From contig OZ116712.1 of NCBI GenBank assembly GCA_964199315.1, positions 2,108,001 through 2,172,000 on the forward strand: a stretch of DNA of 64,000 nucleotides. Direction: 5' to 3'. Positions 38,601 to 50,500 of the stretch are shown here, piece by piece (the first letter of the stretch is position 1; each line of letters begins with the position of its first letter). Position numbers and translations under genes: made by a program. This stretch comes from Orbicella franksi. Its lineage: Eukaryota. Under the pieces are notes generated by a model. It did no database searches. It was not told the DNA's origin and saw only the letters and a list, made by a program, of their open reading frames with translations.

Positions 38601-41600
38601 CAAAATGATGTGCGTTGACCGAATGGAAGGCGTTCTTATTATGGCGGCCAATACCAAGGCGTTGCCCAGAATGGATATGAGCATCAGTGGAGCGTTAAGA
38701 ACACAGTTTATGATGATAGTAGTTTCAGGAGTAGAGTTGTCTTCATTATTTGAATTACGGTCCGTCGATGCTTTTTTGAGTCCGGGGTTACCTGGGCTGT
38801 CCATGATCAACGCTTGATATGAACTCGTAGTATTTCAAATCCTTGATTTGAGCAGAAAAGTGCAGCAAATTATTTTTCTTTTTCATTCCACCGAAAAGGA
38901 CGTAATTAGACTGGTCAACAGTGGAAAAGCCACCTCCGCGAATCCAACGCAATTAAGCCGGTGCATCGTCTAAACGAGACCTTGATCAAACTTGCTCCTC
39001 CACCTTACATTTTTCCTGAATGTGTTGAGTCCCCTTTTAATCTTTTCCAAAAAAGCGACAGCGGTTTGTGCTGAGATTGGCATGTAATTCATATACTCAG
39101 AATTGGTCCAACAATGCAAATATAACTGAAAGATGGTTTCATTTAATTTCGAGTGATTTTTTTGTGTTTGTCTTCACTCTATTCAGTAATGACACAGTTT
39201 TTCATTTCTTCTCGGCCCTTGTTCATCAAGCATTTTTTTGACGCATTGAAAAACACTTACGAGACAATACTAGCTCACACCGGGAAAGTAAAGAAAAAGA
39301 ACAGTTTTAAACAAAGTAAAAATGAAGTTTGTGCTGATTGTTTGGACAATATTATAGAGCTTACTTAGCTCTAACTCCTTCAGAGTAAACATCGCTTGAA
39401 GATGCATTTGGAAGTTGTATAGAGGCGGGCTTCTTCTATTTGGGTCTCATTTAAAATTCATGGCATGCGAAATATCAGCGAAAATAAAATTGAAAACAAC
39501 GTTTTATATCCTAGGTGATCTTCTTTAGGAATCTGATCTGCAACTTCTCTCAATATTTCAATACACTGAGGAAAATTTCAGTGCACCTCGATATAACTTT
39601 ACGAAGTCGTGGAATCGTCGTTTACATCTGGTTTAATGAGAAATATTCATTGTAGTTGAGCTGATGACATCAGCTGCGAAGCGAACTGGGAACCGACGAA
39701 GCAAACAAACTTGCTCTCTCTCTGTATTTTGTTAATATTTATTTTCGTTCACAAGATGAACACTAGTTTACTTCCGTTTGTTGACAAAATACCTGCTTTG
39801 CTGTTTTTACAATTGCCGCACGGAGTTCACGAAGACGCTAGCAATACAAGAATGGATTAATACAAGAGTTGCTGAACACTAGGGTAGAAGAAAATTTCCA
39901 TCCTATCTTCCAGTCCTTACTGACAGACGAAACTATATACAGCGGAAAATAACAAATAATTAAAACTATGTAGAAGAGAAAAGTGTTCATTGCAGTTCTT
40001 TTCAATCGCGTTATGTTTAAGATGTTTTCAGCGTCGGAACTTTCCACTGCCTGTTGTTGAGCGTTAATGTGCAACTGATGTCGACGAACAATGCGATAAA
40101 TTCTGATGTAAGAAAATGTGGAAATTATAAGACAAATGACTATAAAAACGCCTATAAGACAGATTTGTACACTTATTTTCCAAAAATAAAAAAATGGTAT
40201 AAGTAAACTAATCGACCATATGATTATTACAACATATTTAACACGGGATTCAGTCACTAAGGTAGCATATCTCATGTGATAGTGAAGAGCCAGAAATCGA
40301 TCCACAGTGATGGCTGTTGTTGTCAACAGAGAAACTCCACATAAGAAAGGTCCTATAATGTTCCAAACGTAATTAACGTAACGGCCTTTCGTAAGTTGTT
40401 GAGCGATATAAATCGGTTGAACAATGAGACCAACGAGAAAGTCTGAAACAGCGAGACTGCAGAGCATAATCTTGTGCGGCGTTGAGCGAATGGAAGGCGT
40501 TCTTATTACGGCGGCCAATACCAAAGCGTTGCCCAGAATGGATATGAGCATCAGTGGAGCGTTAAGAACACAGTTTATGATGGTAATAGTTTCAGGAGTA
40601 GAGTTGACTTCATTGTCTGAATAACGGTCTGCCGATCCATTGTTGTGTTTGTAGGTGTTATTAATCGTCATGTTTTAACCGCCAGTGTAATCAAACTGTT
40701 TTTCTTTTACCCCTAAAAGTGACCAGACAATACTTTTGTTTCGTTGAAAAGCACAAAAGAAGAACAGTGGAGACGCCCAACGCCGTGAAAGGGACACAGT
40801 TTAGTCCATTTCCTGAAAAACCCGGTTATTTTATATTAAATAAACTTCTTTTCGTGATGTTTTTCATTAATTATGTTGATCAACCATTCCCTTTTTCCGC
40901 AAACAGCGACACCTGTTTATGGTAACGTAGGCGTGTAGCTAGAATTTGAGACATCGTTTGATGAGAACTTGATGAGCGTTTGGTAAAACGTCTGGTAATT
41001 TATCTGGTCTTTTTAGGTAGAGATTATTTAACGTTTTTCATTGCTTTCCTTGATCCTTAAGTACCCTGGAAAATTATATGGATTTGAAAAACAGATGTAA
41101 TTCACAATTAATGCAGACAAAGTTGAGACACTGTTGTAAACAAGGTAAAATTGAAGTTTGTGCTTATTGTTCGGACAAGATCAAACTTCAGCCGCCTTAA
41201 ACACGTTTACATGTAGTTTCTTTCTTTTTTTCACCTCTTTAGCTAATCTAAAAACATAGATTTTTCTTGTTTTCTAATCCCTGTTGAGCGGTGCCTGATG
41301 AGGTATGGAGGTTACCTTTGTAGGTACAATCCAATTCTCCATAGTAGTACTAGGAGAAAAATATCGAGAACAGTCAGGAGAATTTGAATGTTGATATCAT
41401 AGTCACGCAGCTAATGCTATAAGAAATGTGCTTAGACTGAAAGGTTCGCACGAGTGTACGCAAATGGACAGCTGGTATTTGAAACATCTCAGCGAATCGC
41501 GCGGAAGGAGTTTTATAACTCATTTTCGTCTCTTGTTTATTTTCGAAGATGACTTGTCACTTCATGAATTCAAGTTTTCTTAAAAACTCCTGTCAGCGAG

Positions 41601-44600
41601 AGAACCGGTAAAATGTGGTGAAGTTTGCAAATTAAGCATTGTTTGAATCATTTACTCAGTAAATAGATCGGAATACGCGGCGCTCAATTTACAAGGGCAG
41701 AATTTCTTTTAGCTTAGCTTCTAATTCTCGACAACTTATTCACGGGTATACATCACTTTTGAATGCAGCTGAACGTGTCATCGAGGAAGTTGCTTTTGTT
41801 TGCTTTTCATTTAGAGTTTATTAAAGGAGGGATATAATAAAAAGCTTTTTTGGAGGTCAATCATTTTATAGAATTGTCAAATACTTGTGAATACTTTTTT
41901 TTTGTCATTTTACCATTACTGTTATTGCAAGGAGAAAATATTCCGTGCGCCGCGATCCAGTTTTGAAAGATCATGCAAATGTCGTCTATATCTTGTTTAT
42001 TTACACTTCTCCAATAATTCCCGCGCTAACAACATGAGCAGCAACACTGAGGCTTCGCTCACACTGGCGACATAACGACATAATGACATTTAAGAAATAG
42101 AAAACATGTCCTGTGTCTCTGTCGAGTTTTTGTCTAAATCTGCTAGCGTTCTATCACAAATGCCGTTCGCTGATTGGCTACGCTACTCACTATCTATTCT
42201 GTTGTAGATAGTGAGTAGCCTAGCAGTGTGCCCTTGTTATCAAAATGCCGGCCGATTCTTTGTTTTTTCGAAGTGCCTGAGAAGAGGATATAGATAAAGT
42301 TTTAAACGACTAGTAGATTAATATTAGAGCAACAAAATTATTCGCTCTCGATTTCTATGTGTGACAGAAATCTCGAGCTCATAATCTAATTGATTATTCC
42401 ACAGCTTCTTCGAGTTGTCCCAAACGTCCACGGGTGTTTCTATAGCTCGATAGACACACAGAGAACATGTTTTCTACTTCTTCAGGAAATTCTGCGACGA
42501 TAAAAATTAAACAACTTGTTTACTGTGATTATCAAAATGTAAATTCTCTTCTCTTGGGCCATCATTACGTCTTAGTTTGTCACGAATTAGATTATTCGTC
42601 TTCGATCTCTATACGTTATTTTCAGCCTCCAATAGGCCCGATTTATACTGGAGACGTATCATCCGTCTGGGACGAGCTTGGGCAAAGAACAGTAGCTCGT
42701 CCGATAATCCGTCTGTGTATAAATGCGGGCAGGAGACGAACTATCCACGAAAACTACACCTCCTTGCAAAACGTCTCTTTCGTCTTTTAAATCTGCCCTC
42801 AAAACATTCTTGTTTCGGAAATCCTACTTCTGATTTATTTTATTTTATGAGAAACTGTATTTTAATTAATTATTTCATTTATTTTATTTATTTACTGTTA
42901 TTAGAAATATTTTATAGGATTTAACTAATTTATTTTTTATAGTAATGTAAGCGCATTGAGTTTTTTTAANNNNNNNNNNNNNNNNNNNNNNNNNNNNNNN
43001 NNNNNNNNNNNNNNNNNNNNNNNNNNNNNNNNNNNNNNNNNNNNNNNNNNNNNNNNNNNNNNNNNNNNNNNNNNNNNNNNNNNNNNNNNNNNNNNNNNNN
43101 TTTGCTTAGAGTCCTTAGGGCCGAGACCAAACCATGGTCCTGGGGCACTAAGGGATAGCCAGTTTTTAGCTTGATAGCACCCTCCTCAAAATGTGTGCTG
43201 TACCTAGCAAGGTTATCTTTTGTAGTTCACTGATGCTTAATTGGCCGGGAATTCTTCCAAGATAAGTTTCTAGTCCCTTTTTGATAGCTCCAAGTGCTCT
43301 AATGATAACTGGTATCGTTTCCGTTCTCATGCCCCACATTCGGCTTGTTTCGATTTCCAAGTCCTTATATTTGGATAGTTTTTCACTGACTTTCACGGAT
43401 GTGTTTCTGTCTGATGGTACTGGCATGTCAATAAATTTACAGGTTTTCGTTTTGTGGTCTTTAATCACTATATCGGGTCTGTTGGCTGTTATTTTCCTGT
43501 CTGTGTGTATTGGCATGTCCCATAATATCGTGACATCCTCGTTTTCTGTAACTGTTTGCGGCTCATGGTCATACCACTTTTCTGATGTCTTTATATTATA
43601 GTTGTGACAGACTTTCCAGTGTATATACGCGGCTGCTTTATCGTGTCTGTGGGTATATTCTGTTTTCGCAAGGTCAGGACACCCAGACACGATATGGTCA
43701 ATTGTTTCGTCGTATTTGTTACACATCCTGCATAGGGGGCTAGTACCGTCTTTGATAATGCTGGCGTGGTATGATCTGGTAGCTAGGCTTTGGTCTTGGG
43801 CTGCGATTATGAATCCTTCCGTTTCTGCCTTCAGTCCACTGCTTTTGAGCCACTGGTTGGTTTTGTGGTGGTCAACATCTGCCTCCTTTATTCTCTTTGG
43901 GTATCTTCCATGTAGGGCTTTGTTCTCCCACTGCTTTGTTAATTTTTCTTGGGTCTTATTTCGTGCCATTTGTTTGGTTCTCTTTGCATATTTGGTGGTT
44001 GTTTCTTCTGCTTGTTTATCTGGTATTGTTAGGTCTAGTTCTTGTTTGAATTGTTCTGCTTGCCTTTGTATAGAGTACAATTTCTTTCTGCCATCATGTT
44101 CTTGCACTAGTTTAATTAGGGCATCATCAGTGTTCTTTAGGTATGTATCGAGCCCTATCGTGGTTGTTTTGTAGGAGGCTTCTAATTGGATAAGACCCCT
44201 ACCACCAGCATTTCTTGGGAGGTAGAGTCTGTCTACATCTGCTATTTTTGATAGGGTGAGTAGTTTTCTTGTTTTTGTGTCTAACCTCTTGATTTCACTC
44301 ATCTTCCAGTCGATTATGTTAAAGTGCAGCTAACCCCAAAATTTTGTTTTCGCTAAAACGAATCTAGACTTTATTCGAAGCATTTGGGCGAAGAAATTTT
44401 TGAATTTGGTTGAATCCTCGATTTTCTATGCCCTTTCAAAGTCGCGCTTGAAGGTTTCACGACCGCGTTTTAGGGAGTCTGGGGCGGCGGTACCTGATGA
44501 CGTCTACCCAGGAACCAAACACAATGGCGCCTCAGTCAACTCTCTGTATTTGCTCGAGAAAATGGAACACAAAACTAATCGTTCCGATGTATTTTGGGAC

Positions 44601-46682
44601 TAAAACGTCCAAGTTTTGTCTCAGAATCATTTCTTTTTCGTCACTGGAGTCAGAGTTAAGTTTCGATTCGGAAGACTCCGAAATAAACTTCGATCGAGCA
44701 CGTTCGACAACTGTGAACTCACTGCTTAGAGCTTTGAGAGCAATTTACAATATTTCAAACGACGAAGGGGAAGACTTCTTTGCGGACGAGTTGCTTGTAT
44801 ATTAGGAATGGAAAGCTAGATACGAAGTGGAGGAGCAGGCAAACGAAAAGCAGGAAAGAAAACTCAAGGACTGCTTTGGATGGTAATTTCGTCAACTAAA
44901 CATAAGATTCCCACGCGTGTTTATAGCCCGTTTACATTTGTCCTTAGCGAGAATGTATTTTATCAAGGTGTGATTGTTCTGTTAAATCCAGCTTGTGTTT
45001 TACTTTCAGTTGAATGCTTCATGTTTATAAGAGCGACGTACGTGTCGCAGTTTTCGAGACTTGATGACCTCCAAAACATTGGCTTCGATCGATTGAAAAT
45101 CGTATTGTTTGGACCTGTATTTTTGAAGCTGCGGGAAGCAAGGCGGAAGGAAACATTTCATACAATTACCGATTTCACATTGTCACACGTTTTAAGTCGT
45201 AACTCCAAAAAACCAATGTAAATTGTTCTCAAAGTTTGCAGCGAAATTCGTCGGATAAGCGAAAAGGATGTGTTCCCTAAGCGGTCCGCACATGTTACGC
45301 GGTCATATTTTCGACGCTATATCACAGAATCTTTGTCGCACTGCTGATTTCCAAACCTTCGAAAAACTCTGTGAGTCTAACAATTTTGTTATCATGTAAT
45401 TCTAAAGGATTAATCTTCGACTTTTATCTAAATCGAAAGAGAAATAAGTGTTGGTTAGCGGCGTACAGTTGCGATCTATTTACATATCAGTATAACGCTT
45501 CTTGATCATGATCGGATCACACAACTTTGTATGTTACAAATACTGCGGGATTGGAAGATATAGGTTGTAGGTAGTATTTCTACAAATTGCTGGTTAGCTT
45601 TAGGCAGAAAATTTATGAAAATAGCGTTCGAAAGTCTGCGGAACAAATTCCAGTGAGAGTTCTTCAATGGTTCTCACAGATTCAGTTCGCTTGTTTCGGT
45701 TCGACAAAATCAACCATCGTTTACGTCTTTGTTGCACCATTAGCCGATCATCGTCAGTTAATTGTACAGTATATCTTTCTTTAAATCTGGAATATTGCTG
45801 CAACAGCCGATAGCACCTCTGGAAGGCGTTTCTGCGCACTTTTCGAATGTGTATTGCACCATCCTGAAGGAAATGAGAGGACGTCAGATATCCAACCTTC
45901 CTGGGTAGACGTCACAAGAGCCGCTAGACCCATTCTCCTCAAACTCGGTCGTGAAACAAAATGGCGGTGTTTTGGAGCTATTTTCGAGATTTCGTCGGGG
46001 CACAGAAAATCGAAGATTTAACGGAATCCAAAAATTTTTTCGCAGAACTATTTCAAATAACAAGGAGATTCGTTTTAGCGAAAAAAAATTTTTGGGGTTA
46101 GGTGCACTTTAAAACTGTAGGTCACCGCTGGGATAGCTAAGGTGTTGATTGCCTCAAATCTATTGGCAGCATTGAGCTCCGTTTTTAGGACCATCCTTAC
46201 TCTGCGGTAGTATTCCTTCCTCACTCTTTCTTTCATCTTGGCATGCTGTATACCATCACCTTCATCCACGCCAAGGTATTTATATGTGTTCTCTTGGTCT
46301 AGTTCCTTGATACAGGTGTCAATGTCAAGTTGTAAATCGGAAGTTTCTGTCAGCTTTCCTCTTTTGAATGTGGCTTTAGCGCATTTGTCCAGCCCGAATT
46401 CCATCTTGATATCATTGCTGAATGTCTTTACAATATTGAGTAGGCCGGTTTGCTGGCTGTCACTTTTTGCATATGTTTTTAGGTCGTCCATATAAAAGAG
46501 GTGGCTGATTGTTCTACCCTGGGCTTCATACCCATAAGTGGTTGCCTTTAGTAATGAGCTCAGTGGAGCAAGGGCAAGACAGAACAGGAGTGGAGAGAGT
46601 CTCCTTGAAAGATTCCACTTTTGATATTGATAGGCCTTGATGTTATTGACCCTTCAGCGTGGTTGAGGTGTTTATTATTATA

Positions 46683-46727
<45 letters not shown>

Positions 46728-47538
46728 GAGCACTTTTCATACAAACTTGAATCTTACATGTATCTGGTAAAAAATTCAGAAATTCTGTTGTTCCTTAAGT
46801 TTTCGGTAATTATAATAGTAATAATAATATCAAAATAATAATAATAATAATAATGATTTATTATTATTATTAACTTAAGGAACAACAGAATTTCTGAATT
46901 TTTTACCAGATACATGTAAGATTCAAGTTTGTATGAAAANNNNNNNNNNNNNNNNNNNNNNNNNNNNNNNNNNNNNNNNNNNNNNNNNNNNNNNNNNNNN
47001 NNNNNNNNNNNNNNNNNNNNNNNNNNNNNNNNNNNNNNNNNNNNNNNNNNNNNNNNNNNNNNNNNNNNNNNTTTTAACTTATGGTGCCGAGTTCAATCCG
47101 TGAGCCTAGGGCAGTCATGAGTCTGCTGGATTACTTGATGGATAGAGTCCTCCTAAGTATGTGAGCAGTTCCAAGGACGGTCTTCTGTAGCTCTGTTATT
47201 CTAATATTGCCTGGGATCTTGCCGATGTAGTTTTCTGTTCCCTTCTTGACAAGCCCGAAAGCTCCAATGATCACTGGGACAGTTGTTTTCATTCCCCACG
47301 TTTTCTCGATTTCAATCTCAAGATCCTTGTACTTTGTGAGTTTTTCCATTGTTTTCAAGGAGGTGTTCCTTTCTGTGGGGATGGACATATCGATAAGCAG
47401 ACAGGTTCTTTCCTTCTTGTCTTTCACCACTATGTCTGGTCTGTTTGCTTTTATCTCTTTGTCGGTTTGGATTGGCATGTCCCAAAGTATAGTCGCTGTT
47501 TGGTTTTTTGTCACAGTAGCTGGTTCATGTTCGTAGTG

Positions 47539-47583
<45 letters not shown>

Positions 47584-50500
47584 GTTATTACCGATAGTGA
47601 CGTTGAAACCCAGGAGGGAGCCATTATTTAAACACTGTTGAAATAGGTTTTAATAGTTTATTTCTTCTTTTACTTACTTTTACCTTGTATATACCTCATT
47701 TATAAAAAAAAAAAAAAAGTAGTAGTAGTAGTAGTATTAGCATTAGTTTTTTTTTTTTTTTTTATTATTGTTGTTGTTGTTGTTGTTGTTGTTGTTATTG
47801 TTATTGTTATTGTTATTATTAAAACGCCAGCGGCTGTTTTCAGTAAACTATTAATTCAAGATGACACTGGACGAGCCGCAGGACACACCGATAGTTCGTC
47901 TCATAGTCCTTCCCATATTTATACTAGACGGATGATCCGTCTTGACGGATGATCCGTCTCTAGTATAAATCGGGCCAGCTTGTGTAAGGATATACATAAC
48001 TTGTAAATGCAATCGGAATGCTATGAGCTGAAGACGGTTTCTATGGTTGGTTTTCATTTAAAACTTGTCACATACAATTTAAAAAGAAAACTAAAAAGCA
48101 AAGTTCATCTTGTACGAGATCTTATTTATGGATCGATTTAACATCGCGAGGCCTCCTAGGTCCTGCAAATGACGTTTATTTCTTGTTTATTTACAAATCT
48201 TCGTCATTACAGAGCTAACAACAAGAGATTTAAATCACCTAGGGAGAAAGTAAAAATGACTATCTAACTGAATTCCGTTCGTATTTTATTTTGTCCAGAA
48301 AGAAGATAACTAGTTTTCTTCTGTTTGTTTACATAACATCTGCTTTGCTGTCTTCAAAACTGCCGCGCGAAGCTCGCGAAGACGCCAGCAATACAAAAAT
48401 GGATTGATGGACGAGTTACTAAATACCAAACTATAGACAAATGTCCATTCTGTTTGCCAGTCTTTGTCAGAGGTTCCATACCGAATTGACAAAACATACA
48501 ACGGAAAATAACATACAGTTAGAACTATGTAGAAGACGAAGGTATTCATTGCACTTCTTTTTAATCGCGTTATGTTTACGTTATTTGCGGCGTCAGAACT
48601 TTGCACTGCCTGTTGTTGAGCGTGAATTTGTAACTGATGTCGACGAACAATACGACAAATTCTGACGTAAGAAAACGCTGAAATTTGAAGGCATGTGACA
48701 ATAAGAACGCCAACAAGAATGCTATATACACGCTCATTCCAAAGTCCGAAACCAGATACAAGGAAACTAATCAACCATATAATTACCAAAGTAAATTTAA
48801 CACGGGATTCAGTCACTAAGGTAGCATAGGTCATGTGATAGTGAAGAGCCAGAAATCGATCCACAGTGATGGCTGTTATTGTCAACAGAGAAACTACACA
48901 AAAAGAATACCCTGACATCACTGCAACATGGTAGACGTAACGGCGTTTCAAGAGTAGATCACCAATATAAATCGGTTGAGCAATGAGACCAACAAGAAAA
49001 TCTGAAACAGCGAGACTGCAGAGCATAATCATGTGCGTTGAGCGAATGGAAGGCGTTCTTATTATGGCGGCCAATACCAAAGCGTTGCCCAGAATGGATA
49101 TGAGCATCAGTGGAGCGTTAAGAACACAGTTTATGATGATAAAAGTTTCAGGAGTTGAGTCGTCTTCCTTGTCTGAATGATGGTTTGCCGATCCGTTGTA
49201 TTTGTTGGTGTAGCTCATCGTTGATGTTTAAGATCAGCTTCTAAAGTTGTCTTAGAACTAAAAAGTGGACCAAGCAATTTTCCTTTTTCGTTCAGCTAAA
49301 AATATGTCAAAACTGTACAAACAGTGGATACCTAACACCATGAAAACATCACAGTTTAATGAAATTTCTAACAGAGACCTTGATTCTAAATGAGTCTTTT
49401 TGCTGACGTTTTCCGGAGTTATGTTCATTTTATTATTCATCTTTTGTTTTTTGTTTTGTTTTTTCTTGAAAAAGCGATCTTGGTTTCTGGCGAGAGTGCC
49501 ATATAATTAGAGTTGGACTTGCATTGTAAATATAATTCAAGTGCGTTTGATTAAACTTTTTCATTTACACAGGTTGCCTTTTTAGATGGAAATTGCTTTA
49601 CATTATTAAGCTGTAATAGAACTTTTCATTGCTTTCTTATTCATGGAGCAGCCTTAGTATTGGCTGAGGACCTCTAGAAGTCAATGCTGGAAAGTAAACA
49701 TCGCTCCTTTAAATAAAGTGCAGTTAAAACTATTGAGGAGAAATTTTAATTTTGTATGACTAACGAAACAAAAGAAAAATAAAATAACAGTTTTGCTCTC
49801 TCACGTGAGCTTCCTTAGGTCGACGAAATAACGAAATAACTAAAAATAAGAAAAAGCAGGTGTTGTTTGAGCTTCGTCTCTAGCAACGCCACCATTTACC
49901 TCTATTATCTCTAAGCAAATCGAGAAAATTTTCATTGCGTCTCGATATAACATCACAAAGCTCTGCAAGAATCAATTGTGCCTTATTATATTTGCAATTT
50001 TCTATGGTTAGTGCACTAAGAATATGAGCTATAAAACGAACTGAGAACTGACCGTGAAAACGAAAGATTGCTTTGTGGCTGTACTCTGGTTATTTTTCTT
50101 TTCGTTCAGAAAAAAAAATGTCTAGTGTTCTTCTGTTTGTTTACATAACATCTGTCTTGCTGTCTTTAGAACTGCCGTTCGAAGCTCACGAACACGCCAG
50201 CAATACAAAAATGGATTGATGGACGAATTAAGGAATGTTAAGGTAGAAGCAAAGTTCCATTCTATTTGAAAATTCCACTGTGAGATTGCATTCACTGTTA
50301 ATACAATGTACAATGGAAGATAACATACAATCAAAGCTATGAAGAAGACGAAAGTGTTCCTTGCACTTTTTTCCACTTTTTTCCGCGCTATGTTTAAGTT
50401 GTTTTCCGTGTCCAAACTTTGCACTGCCTGTTGTTGAGCGTCAATTTGTAGTTGATGCCGACGAGCAATTTGAAAAATCCTCATGTAAGATAGTGTTGAA

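Noticed and set aside
44497-45839. ORFs 44497-44805, 44880-45221 and 45600-45839 as host genes
   Set aside because: They lie inside the TIR-bounded element and are frameshifted remnants.
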